From positions 32,001-96,000 of the IMG/VR virus record IMGVR_UViG_3300031998_000008: 64,000 nucleotides of DNA; one strand, written 5' to 3'. The position numbers and the translations under genes are program-made. This document shows, piece by piece, positions 20,158 to 28,895 of this stretch. Numbering within the stretch: position 1 is the first letter of the stretch; every line of letters starts with the position of its first letter. This DNA is from a virus (lineage: Duplodnaviria; Caudoviricetes). The notes under the pieces were generated by a model. That model saw only the letters and a program-made list of their open reading frames with translations. It had not been told where the DNA came from and searched no databases.

Positions 20158-20186
20158 AATATACAAAAAATATGCGTAAAAAACAA
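20158..20186 (-). promoter_or_regulatory. Sigma70-like promoter TTGTTT-N17-TATATT
   Basis: Upstream of the SSB-tdk-recA operon, with a 17-nt spacer. Confidence 0.6.
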
Positions 20187-20216
20187 TTATTGGGCCGCAA
20201 AAAGCAGCCCAATAAT
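20187..20216 (-). terminator. Hairpin, likely terminator
   Basis: ATTATTGGGC...GCCCAATAAT inverted repeat immediately after the stop at 20219. Confidence 0.55.
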
Positions 20217-20218
20217 CA

Positions 20219-21004
20219 TTAATATCCAAATATATCTTTTAATCCAACTTTGTTATTGGCTATATCCTTTGCAATAGAATTATAGTCAACAAAATCGTCT
20301 ATATCTCCTTTTGTTATTTTATATTGTGGGTCATCAGCACCGTTGTTGTCTGAATCATCACTATAGTTTTCAGGAGCATAATTATTCATGTACTCGTTAG
20401 GTGTCATGCTATATGGAGATGATTTAGTTGAACGCATTGTTAATCTTTGCATAGGGGTTGGATTTCTCTTTTCCATTTCGCCTTTAAGACTACCAAGATA
20501 TTGATTTGTGTGTGCATCAATATCGTTAATTCTTTGTTCTATGCTATCAATTGATGACATAAGTCTTTCAAACTTTGATGCTAAAGCATCAACTTTATGT
20601 TCAGTGTCTTCTTGAGCATCTGTTAAATCATCAATTTCAACAACATCATCTTCAGGACCAGGAACACCTTCTCCACCTGCTGCGTTAGGGTCAGCACCCA
20701 TTGCGTTAGGGTCGCCTCCCATACCATCCATAGCAGCGTTTTGGTCAACACCTTGTGGTCCAAAACCTTGTGGCGGTTGAGCACCACCATTAGGGTCAGC
20801 ACCGGCCATTGGGTCAGCACCCATTGCGTTAGGGTCGCCACCGGCCATTGGGTCAGCACCCATTGCGTTAGGGTCGCCGCCATCCATTGGGTCAGCACCC
20901 ATTGCATTTGGGTCGTTTTCATCTTCAACCATTCCGGCTGGTGTTACATACTCAACCAAATGCCTGAAATTACTTCTTATTTCGTTTATATTAGTCTTAG
21001 TCAT
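20219..21004 (-). CDS. Acidic low-complexity late protein (possible scaffold/internal head protein)
   Basis: GGDPNAMGADPMA repeats and a coiled coil; INE/LVE motifs at the N-terminus; downstream of a CTATTTAT promoter. Confidence 0.7.
   Translation of the reverse strand: MTKTNINEIRSNFRHLVEYVTPAGMVEDENDPNAMGADPMDGGDPNAMGADPMAGGDPNAMGADPMAGADPNGGAQPPQGFGPQGVDQNAAMDGMGGDPNAMGADPNAAGGEGVPGPEDDVVEIDDLTDAQEDTEHKVDALASKFERLMSSIDSIEQRINDIDAHTNQYLGSLKGEMEKRNPTPMQRLTMRSTKSSPYSMTPNEYMNNYAPENYSDDSDNNGADDPQYKITKGDIDDFVDYNSIAKDIANNKVGLKDIFGY
20790..20915. repeat. About 3 tandem 39-bp coding repeats
   Basis: Unit ccggccattgggtcagcacccattgcgttagggtcgcca; further partial copies near 20683-20725. Confidence 0.85.
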
Positions 21005-21335
21005 TGAGTAATTGCCTATTGTCTTCTGTCAATATTATTTTTGATGATTCGGTTCTTTCAATTAAACCCTTGTCTTTCTTTATAACTTTTGTATCATTCA
21101 AAACGCTTGCTACGTTTTCAGCTGATGCAATTTGTTCTTCTGTCATCATGGCTTTCTTATTTTTTCTACTATTATTTTTTACAGGCTTTTCGCCTTCAAA
21201 ATTTTCCTCGTTTACTACTTTTTCTTCCTCAACAATTGGTTCAACTGACACATTTGGTTCTGAATTTGAATTACTGTAAACCTTTTTGTGTGTCGGCTTT
21301 CCACATTTCTTTACTATAATTTTTATTGAAGACAT
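20997..21335 (-). CDS. Hypothetical late protein
   Basis: 112 aa ending KKDKGLIERTESSKIILTEDNRQLLND. CTATTTAT at 21352-21359; overlaps the next gene by 8 nt. Confidence 0.7.
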   Translation of the reverse strand: MSSIKIIVKKCGKPTHKKVYSNSNSEPNVSVEPIVEEEKVVNEENFEGEKPVKNNSRKNKKAMMTEEQIASAENVASVLNDTKVIKKDKGLIERTESSKIILTEDNRQLLND

Positions 21336-21375
21336 AATTCACTATTTTAACATAAATAGTTTCAAAAGAGAAAAA

Positions 21376-21990
21376 CTACGAGTTATTACACTCGTTATCA
21401 TTTGAAAATAAACAAGGTATCAAATAATCATACCCATTAAAAAGAATCCTGACATCCAACGGAATAGAATCTTTGTTTGTGATTACTGTTGTATTACCAT
21501 ATACATTACTCAAGAACATTTTTACATTTTCACCAATATAATTAAGTTCCCTTAACGAAATTCCGTAAACTGTTTTATCGTTATCATAAACATAAACAAT
21601 ACCATTAAAAAGAAACGAAACTATCTTTTTCCCTCCACGGAAAATAATGTTATTAACTAATTGAAAATCAGGTGATAATGTACCATTTATAACAACATTA
21701 ACATACTTATATTGTATTTTCGACTTGAAAATTTCAATAGCATTCTGTATGAAAATTTTAAGCCTTGATTCATATATGTTTCTTTTTTCACGTGGTCCAT
21801 AGGTCCAATAAGTGTTATCATCAATTGACATGTCCAAAATCTTAAAGTTCGGATAATTTTTCTTTGTCAATTCAACACCGACACATAACACAGGGATACC
21901 ATCTATTAAGTCATTTTTGTTGTCAACTACATTGTAAAAAATTTTATCATTAAACAAATTTTTAGTTAAAATATTGGCAATTTTTCTCAT
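21376..21990 (-). CDS. Hypothetical protein
   Basis: 204 aa ORF filling the space; TTTTTGTATAAT element upstream. Confidence 0.7.
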   Translation of the reverse strand: MRKIANILTKNLFNDKIFYNVVDNKNDLIDGIPVLCVGVELTKKNYPNFKILDMSIDDNTYWTYGPREKRNIYESRLKIFIQNAIEIFKSKIQYKYVNVVINGTLSPDFQLVNNIIFRGGKKIVSFLFNGIVYVYDNDKTVYGISLRELNYIGENVKMFLSNVYGNTTVITNKDSIPLDVRILFNGYDYLIPCLFSNDNECNNS

Positions 21991-22030
21991 TGAAAAAGTT
22001 TTTTATTTATTATACAAAAAATTATTTCAT

Positions 22031-22060
22031 AAAAAAAGGCCGTGATTAAATCACGACCTT
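22031..22060 (-). terminator. Rho-independent terminator
   Basis: Minus strand reads AAGGTCGTGAT-TTA-ATCACGGCCTTTTTTT. Confidence 0.7.
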
Positions 22061-22064
22061 ATTC

Positions 22065-25000
22065 TTATGCAGTTCCTTGCATTCTAAATATATCAATTTC
22101 AGGTGTGTTTAATGCACCATACACATACATCCCATTTTGCTTAAAGTCAGAACACCATCTTGTTCCTGTGTACATGCAAATATGACCAGGATAATCACTG
22201 TCAGTTCCTTTTTTATAAACAGCAATATCACCTTTTTGTGGAACATATCCACCTGCTTGTGAACTTGGTATTGTTGTAATCTTTGTAAACCCGATTGTTG
22301 GAAGGAATGTTGAATATTTATAAGCCCAATCGGGTCTTCCGTGATTACCAGTATAACTATTACTACCATTAGGACTTGTATTAAACCCAACATCTATTGC
22401 AGACCTAACATATGCTGCACAAGCATGTGTTGTTGCTGAATATGAATGTGATTGAATCCATTCGCAAGCGGCATCAATATTATATCCATTAACCGAGCCA
22501 ACATTGTTTTGTGCAGTAGATTCAGTTCCTATAGAATTAATGTAATTAACTATTGCATTAACGTGCATATCAGCAATTGCAGCCAATCCTTCTTCACTTT
22601 CAAGCCATCCTCTACCTGTTTGATATTTTCCGTTTGCATCAGTTGTTTTATATGTACTATCATTGCTCCATGATACATTATTAACTGTATAATCAGCAAA
22701 GAAGTTTTCGGTAAGAATACATGCACAATTTTGTTGTACAGCACCATCTGTACAATTTGGAGTTAACATATAATTGAATAATCCATCACTTTCATATGTA
22801 ACTTTACTAAGCATCCCATCAGGCGCTGTTCTTATTTGGCCATTTCTAACTTTTTGTAACAATTCCTCACCTGCTGCCCTTAAAAATGCAGCAAATCTTC
22901 TGGAATCTTCCCTCTTATATTCATGCGTAGTACAATCAGTCTTATACCACATTACAGGATTACCATTTCTATCGAATTTAAGACTGCCATCTTTGTTTTT
23001 TACTTGATACGTTGTACAACCAGTTGCACGTCCATAAAATACACATAATCTATTTCCACCACACCCATTCCAATGCGGAACAACTGATATAACATTATCA
23101 GAGCCATATTTTGTTACCAAATTTCTAGTTTCAACCATAGAATAGCCCTTTGCGGTTGTGTGTGCTCCTCCTTTATTGCATCTATGTACGTTTTTATTAT
23201 AACTTGTACCGTCTTTAAATGTTTTTGTTCTAAGTCTTGGAATTATATAATTATCAATTAAATTTGTACTCCATGCCCATTCTTTTGATTTTTCAGTATT
23301 TGGCCCATGAGCAGGTGTTATACAAATCAAAGGCTTTTCTCTTGTTATGTTGCTTGGGTCAATATCACTTTCATCAGCACCCGCATTAAAGTTTGGATTA
23401 GGATTTTGATTAACACTTCCAGTTCCTGCTATAGAATTTGCTTCAACATTAGCACCAAGCACAGGTGTATCAGTTGGTGCTTCTGCCGGCTTATCGCTAA
23501 CAAGACTTACAATATCACCATCAGTAAACGGTATCAAATTTCTATTTTGTCTAACCCCAACTATCGTTGTCGTTGCATCACCAGGTGTTATTACATGAGT
23601 TACCTTTTTAATCATGTAAGCGCCTTTCCACAAAGGAACATTGTTCAATTGGAAATACATAGGTGGGAATATTTGCATATCACCCATCATTTCAACAGTA
23701 CACTCATATGCATTGTTTGCATATACCTTATAAATGTCTTGACCATATAATGTAGTTTGTCTTACAGTTTCAGAACCTTTTGCCGCAATTTGGAATGTTG
23801 CATTTAATCCTGCTTCTGTTACACCGTATTGTCCTGTTGATAACTTTATATCCTTAAAATATGATTGATTACCCTTACCAAAAGTTACGCCAAATGCAGG
23901 AACACCATATCCAAAATCGTTATTATCAAATAACGCTCCAACAATCTCATCATCAGTAAAACTAAACCCATCACCATCAGGGGACCATCCATTCATATCA
24001 ATATTGCTTGTTGAAGAATCACCAAGATGTTCGGATGGTTTATATGTATAAAGAAACATATATGTATATGAGTTGTCATCCCATTTTTGACATGATGGTA
24101 TTGGCGTAAAAATAGTTTTTATATCTTCTGTGTTGTTAAACATAAACCTTTGTGGTATAGCTATAAGCATACCACCGCAATCTTGAGCAACTTCTGTTAA
24201 AAATTCATACAATGACCTTGAATTATAATTCATAGTGCCCTCATGCTCATTTATTGCTGCTGAAGGAATGCTTGTTGTAATCCAGTCTGCAACTTTTGTT
24301 AAATTAACCCTTAAATTATATCCAATATCACGGTATAAACTATCCATGTATATGAAATTATCAAGTTCATACAATCCTGAATCACCATCATATATTGTCT
24401 TATTTCCAACATTTCCACCATAACTAAAATCAGAAGACCTTGAACTCCTAGTAGAACGTGCTATTTTCCATGTGTTTTCTCCCTTTGTAGCACCACAAAT
24501 CCATTTATTATATAGTGATTTAAGCGTCATATACGTACTAAGCCTTAAATCTTCACTCTTAAACGGGTCTTCGTTCATTTCCATTTCCGTGAATGCCTTT
24601 CCGATTTCATCATTACTTGCGACTGCTATTTTACCATATACCCTATTCAATTGGTCCATGAAGTTTCTGAATCCGTTTTTAAAATCAGCAACCTCAACAA
24701 CCATATCCTGTCCATAGAAACCGCCATAATAATCAAACACGGTACATACACTTAAAAGAAGTTTCTTTAAAAATCTTTGAAGTTTTTTTGCATTATATAC
24801 ATTATTTGAATCAGACTCAAGGCCAACACTCATCTTAACAAAATTAAGATTCAATGGCTCACCATATACAAGACTGCCATCTTGTCTTGGTAAACGTAAA
24901 TTCAAATCTTCAAGAACATCAAGATTTTCTGAAAACTCAGTTTCTGCCCAATGTTCAAAATATTTTTTCAAATATACCTTTCTTGAATCAGATATGTTGT

Positions 25001-28000
25001 CACTCATTCCAACAAAAGCACTTGGTATTTGTCTATATCCAAATGTACTACCTGATGTATAGTATATAAAAGAAGAAGAGTCTTGTAAGTAAAACGTCTC
25101 ATCACATTTAGGAAGACTAAATGCGCTTACATGCATTTCCTTATTTATTTCATTTTTGTTTTTGTCAATACGAACAAGATACTCAGGAACTGTTCCTCCT
25201 GAAACAAAATCAACGTCCCTATTATACATCCACCAATAAAAAGCACCTTCTTTAAGCAAAGATACTTTTTGTATTACTGTATTTGTTTTGTTTACAAGTC
25301 CACAATCGGGAAAAACTAATGGTATTGTTAATAAGAACAAATAAGCCTTTGCATATATACTTGTTTGAAGATTATATATATCAGTATCAAATAGTCCAAA
25401 ATTGCTATAAATTCCATTATCATCAAAATACTTATGTTCAGCACGTATGGTTTCCATTCTTCTTACTGCTATATTTTCTAAATCCTCATTGCCACCGTTT
25501 CTTATCAATTCTTCTATTTCAGAGTCTGATAATGTATTACCACTATTTTCCCCATCTATGTAAACAAAATAGCTACCAATTGTTGTACGATTACAATTTC
25601 CATTCACTTCATCAGTTATACGTCTAAATGTCTTTGACCCACGTTTAACATCGAAGTCTATATCAAACAATCCTTTTGCATCTTCATCTTCTGTTTCACT
25701 CTTTTCACGAGTAAGTTCAGCACCTATATTGTTCATTAATGTGTTTACATAATCTCTTGTTTCATACAAAACAAATGTACCACCAGGAAGTGGTTTCCCG
25801 ATTTGTAAACTACCCTCTCCACCATAATAAGAACCATGATTTATTGTTGATATGTATCTATTTGTTGATTGTAGATTGCCGTTTGAAAAATCATGTTTTA
25901 GTTCATTTGTTCCATTGAAGCAAAGAGGATAATACTTGAAATGTGTATTATCATCTTCTTGAGCATACTTATATTCTAAGTAGTCAACACCTCTATCAAT
26001 TTCTTTTCCAATCCAAGCACCAATGTTATTTGAAAATGGCATTCCGCCAGTTGCTAATACGCCAATGAATCCACCCCAATACTTACTTGTATCTCTTCTT
26101 TCTGGTCTTGAACAATGAGCAAACAAATTTGAGTTTGTACTTTGTGACCCATCTATTTGCCAAGAACTTCTTATAGGGTTTTTAGCTGATGTTGTTATCT
26201 GTTTTATAAAATCAGTCTTTTCATCGCCAACATTAGCATCATCAGCAAACTTTTTAATAAAATCAACAAAGGTTCTTGAGTGAGTTATACCAACAGCCTT
26301 ATAAAAATTAATTGCTTCAACACGTCCAAAATCACCAGCCTCAGAACTATCAGATGAATCTGTTGATGATACCATATAATAAAACATTCTAAGAGAAAAT
26401 ATTGCATATATGTCACCAATTATTTCATCAATACTTGCATTGTTCTGTATTTTTTTAGCAACGCTAGCATATGGGTTTGGAAAACTACCATTATTTGCAA
26501 TATCATAAACTGTTATTGGTATAAAGTTTTCAACACTTGTTGCAGGACCAGATTGTACTGCATTTACAGTTGTTCCACTTGCTCTATATCCCTCTATTAT
26601 ACGATTTGCCTCTTGTGATTCTTCAAAATATAATTTTGACCCATTTAACAACTCATATACAAATTTTATTTCTTCTAAATTTTCTTCAGGATTTCCTACC
26701 AAAGCACCTTCTTTTCCTGGCCATATTTCCTTTTTTCTTGTTATTGAGTTGTTTTCTTCATCTTTACAATCTTCATAAAATGTTGCAAATGGCGGTAAAT
26801 AATTACCCCTTAGTTTTATACCTTCAGCACCTTCTTTTGGCGTTTCTGTGTCAGTATCACCGTCACCTATACCATATGTTGTTTTTTCTCTTTTTGTTCT
26901 ATCCTTTTCTAATTGGTCTTTTATGACTTCAAGATGTTTAAAATAAACATGCATAAAGGTTTCAAGATGAGCAAATGCCAAATCAAAAATATTTTTTATT
27001 GATGGCCTAAAACCAAGTGCTTGCTCAACCAAAGAATCATGTTCTTTTTTATAGTCTTCGTTGTATTTTACTTTTCTCTTTTCTAAGGCATTTTTTCTAT
27101 CAGTAAGATACCTTATTCCTGTGCTATATTTACTACTTCCTCTATAATGAACATATAATTTAAAAGTTGTCATATTTTCATATGATTTCTTTTCAATACA
27201 ATCACTCAAAAATTTCATCAAAGGTTCACTAAATTCTTGATGTCTTCCATCATCTTGTAATGCCTGTGCAACAACGGCATGTCCGTGTTCATCCTTTGAT
27301 TCATACCATGACCATGTATGTCCATTGTATTTCCATCCACTTTTGTCTTTTGTAAATACATAATAATGCTCACTATCATTAACCCAAGTATCAATAGCAC
27401 CAAAATACCCTTTAATTTTTTCTTGTCCACCAGAAAACTTGTCATCATAAGCACTTAATGCCTCTGAAAACGCAGTTAATTTATCGCCAATTCCACTGTC
27501 ATGAGATGCTATTGTGTTTTCAACACCACATATAAACATGTATGAATATTTTGGGTTTTCTGTATCCTCCTCAAAATATGAAAAATATTTAACGTTATCA
27601 TTAACAAACAAATCATTATAACAATTGATGATATGTGTTAATGCTTCAATATCTTCATCAATATCTTGCATCATTTCATGGGTTTCTGATTGTGCATTTG
27701 CAATGCTTTGTGCGCATTCAACTTCAGCTATTTTCTTAGCCAATTCAGGAAATTTAAGCATTGGTGACTGCATAACCTCATTTCCATTATCATCATACCT
27801 ATAAAAGCAAAATTCATTACTTGCAATTTTTTCTTTCCAATACTTATCACCCTCTTCGGTATATGGGGCAATGGCAAGGCATGTCATTGGTACATCAGCA
27901 AAAAGCCCATACATATGACCTATGAAGTTAACGGTTAAAACAAAGTTACCATTCTTTGAATCAAAATCAATATCTGTTTTATTTACAGCAAGTCTATACG

Positions 28001-28538
28001 TAACACCCTTCCCATAAAATCCTTTTACTTTCAATATAAACAAAGGATATGGCATTGTGAACAATGATTTATATAAATGATATACTTCTCCACGATTCCC
28101 TTCGTTGTAGTATTCTTGTTCTGATGGTTGCATAACAGTAGCACCCCTAACATCAACAAACTTAACAACAACGGTTGGGTGTAACCAAGAATCATATGAT
28201 ATGTTTATTGATTCTATGCCAAGGCATTCTTGAGTGTTGTTCCTTGGGTCAACATTTTGTATATCGGTAAAATTAGTTGTTAAGAAATTATCAGTACCGC
28301 CTAAAAAAGATAACGTACCTGCTGTTGTTGCAAAATGAAGAACTTTTTGCTCATTTGTTTCATTCGCAAAACCACAAGAATATCTATCATTAGTAAACAC
28401 AGTCAAATCAACAGCAATGTTATAGTCATCATAAGGAAAAACTATAGCATCTGAAGTAGGCGTGTTGTTGAATGTCAATGTTGTTGGTTCAAAATATCTT
28501 AACCTACCTAAATTTTTTTCTTCGTTGTTTTCAGCCAT
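22065..28538 (-). CDS. Large baseplate hub / tail-associated lysin with C-terminal amidase_3-like and CHAP-like domains
   Basis: Hub-like N-terminus and YECTVEMMGD..I.P.MYFQL..VP...GAY.I..V.H segment. Amidase motifs TPAHG, KEW, PHWN, LTENFF; CHAP-like CAAYVR...KGDIAV...GHICMY. Confidence 0.8.
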   Translation of the reverse strand: MAENNEEKNLGRLRYFEPTTLTFNNTPTSDAIVFPYDDYNIAVDLTVFTNDRYSCGFANETNEQKVLHFATTAGTLSFLGGTDNFLTTNFTDIQNVDPRNNTQECLGIESINISYDSWLHPTVVVKFVDVRGATVMQPSEQEYYNEGNRGEVYHLYKSLFTMPYPLFILKVKGFYGKGVTYRLAVNKTDIDFDSKNGNFVLTVNFIGHMYGLFADVPMTCLAIAPYTEEGDKYWKEKIASNEFCFYRYDDNGNEVMQSPMLKFPELAKKIAEVECAQSIANAQSETHEMMQDIDEDIEALTHIINCYNDLFVNDNVKYFSYFEEDTENPKYSYMFICGVENTIASHDSGIGDKLTAFSEALSAYDDKFSGGQEKIKGYFGAIDTWVNDSEHYYVFTKDKSGWKYNGHTWSWYESKDEHGHAVVAQALQDDGRHQEFSEPLMKFLSDCIEKKSYENMTTFKLYVHYRGSSKYSTGIRYLTDRKNALEKRKVKYNEDYKKEHDSLVEQALGFRPSIKNIFDLAFAHLETFMHVYFKHLEVIKDQLEKDRTKREKTTYGIGDGDTDTETPKEGAEGIKLRGNYLPPFATFYEDCKDEENNSITRKKEIWPGKEGALVGNPEENLEEIKFVYELLNGSKLYFEESQEANRIIEGYRASGTTVNAVQSGPATSVENFIPITVYDIANNGSFPNPYASVAKKIQNNASIDEIIGDIYAIFSLRMFYYMVSSTDSSDSSEAGDFGRVEAINFYKAVGITHSRTFVDFIKKFADDANVGDEKTDFIKQITTSAKNPIRSSWQIDGSQSTNSNLFAHCSRPERRDTSKYWGGFIGVLATGGMPFSNNIGAWIGKEIDRGVDYLEYKYAQEDDNTHFKYYPLCFNGTNELKHDFSNGNLQSTNRYISTINHGSYYGGEGSLQIGKPLPGGTFVLYETRDYVNTLMNNIGAELTREKSETEDEDAKGLFDIDFDVKRGSKTFRRITDEVNGNCNRTTIGSYFVYIDGENSGNTLSDSEIEELIRNGGNEDLENIAVRRMETIRAEHKYFDDNGIYSNFGLFDTDIYNLQTSIYAKAYLFLLTIPLVFPDCGLVNKTNTVIQKVSLLKEGAFYWWMYNRDVDFVSGGTVPEYLVRIDKNKNEINKEMHVSAFSLPKCDETFYLQDSSSFIYYTSGSTFGYRQIPSAFVGMSDNISDSRKVYLKKYFEHWAETEFSENLDVLEDLNLRLPRQDGSLVYGEPLNLNFVKMSVGLESDSNNVYNAKKLQRFLKKLLLSVCTVFDYYGGFYGQDMVVEVADFKNGFRNFMDQLNRVYGKIAVASNDEIGKAFTEMEMNEDPFKSEDLRLSTYMTLKSLYNKWICGATKGENTWKIARSTRSSRSSDFSYGGNVGNKTIYDGDSGLYELDNFIYMDSLYRDIGYNLRVNLTKVADWITTSIPSAAINEHEGTMNYNSRSLYEFLTEVAQDCGGMLIAIPQRFMFNNTEDIKTIFTPIPSCQKWDDNSYTYMFLYTYKPSEHLGDSSTSNIDMNGWSPDGDGFSFTDDEIVGALFDNNDFGYGVPAFGVTFGKGNQSYFKDIKLSTGQYGVTEAGLNATFQIAAKGSETVRQTTLYGQDIYKVYANNAYECTVEMMGDMQIFPPMYFQLNNVPLWKGAYMIKKVTHVITPGDATTTIVGVRQNRNLIPFTDGDIVSLVSDKPAEAPTDTPVLGANVEANSIAGTGSVNQNPNPNFNAGADESDIDPSNITREKPLICITPAHGPNTEKSKEWAWSTNLIDNYIIPRLRTKTFKDGTSYNKNVHRCNKGGAHTTAKGYSMVETRNLVTKYGSDNVISVVPHWNGCGGNRLCVFYGRATGCTTYQVKNKDGSLKFDRNGNPVMWYKTDCTTHEYKREDSRRFAAFLRAAGEELLQKVRNGQIRTAPDGMLSKVTYESDGLFNYMLTPNCTDGAVQQNCACILTENFFADYTVNNVSWSNDSTYKTTDANGKYQTGRGWLESEEGLAAIADMHVNAIVNYINSIGTESTAQNNVGSVNGYNIDAACEWIQSHSYSATTHACAAYVRSAIDVGFNTSPNGSNSYTGNHGRPDWAYKYSTFLPTIGFTKITTIPSSQAGGYVPQKGDIAVYKKGTDSDYPGHICMYTGTRWCSDFKQNGMYVYGALNTPEIDIFRMQGTA

Positions 28539-28541
28539 TTA

Positions 28542-28856
28542 TTAACCGTAATATTTCTTATTTTTATCTATTGATTTTTGATAATCAGATAATGACACAT
28601 TCAATGGATATGGTATTCTAAGTTCAACACCGTCAGGTATTCTGAACTCCAATGAGCCATATTTTGCATTTGCTTGCATTATAAGCCATGCATAACTTGA
28701 ACTTCCATAATATTGATATGAAACAAGGTCCAATCTTGTCTTACCCTTTTCATATGTAATAAATTTATCGGTATCTTTCTCAGGTAATTCTCCAAAAGAT
28801 ACAATATCTATTTTGTCGCCGTTTTTAAATTGTGAATATCTATCAAATGCTTCCAT
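28542..28856 (-). CDS. LysM-like baseplate protein (T4 gp53 / P2 gpX-like)
   Basis: RLDLVSYQYYG...WLIMQAN...LRIP; ATG at 28856. Confidence 0.8.
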   Translation of the reverse strand: MEAFDRYSQFKNGDKIDIVSFGELPEKDTDKFITYEKGKTRLDLVSYQYYGSSSYAWLIMQANAKYGSLEFRIPDGVELRIPYPLNVSLSDYQKSIDKNKKYYG

Positions 28857-28895
28857 ATATAATAATACCAATTACAATTATTAAATCAATAAATT

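Noticed and set aside
20790-20915. CRISPR array
   Set aside because: The repeats are contiguous, in frame and lack unique spacers; no cas genes are present.
20623-21007. Alternative-frame ORFs with repeats (20623..20928 minus, 20741..21007 plus)
   Set aside because: They are shadows of the 39-bp repeat within the 261-aa gene.
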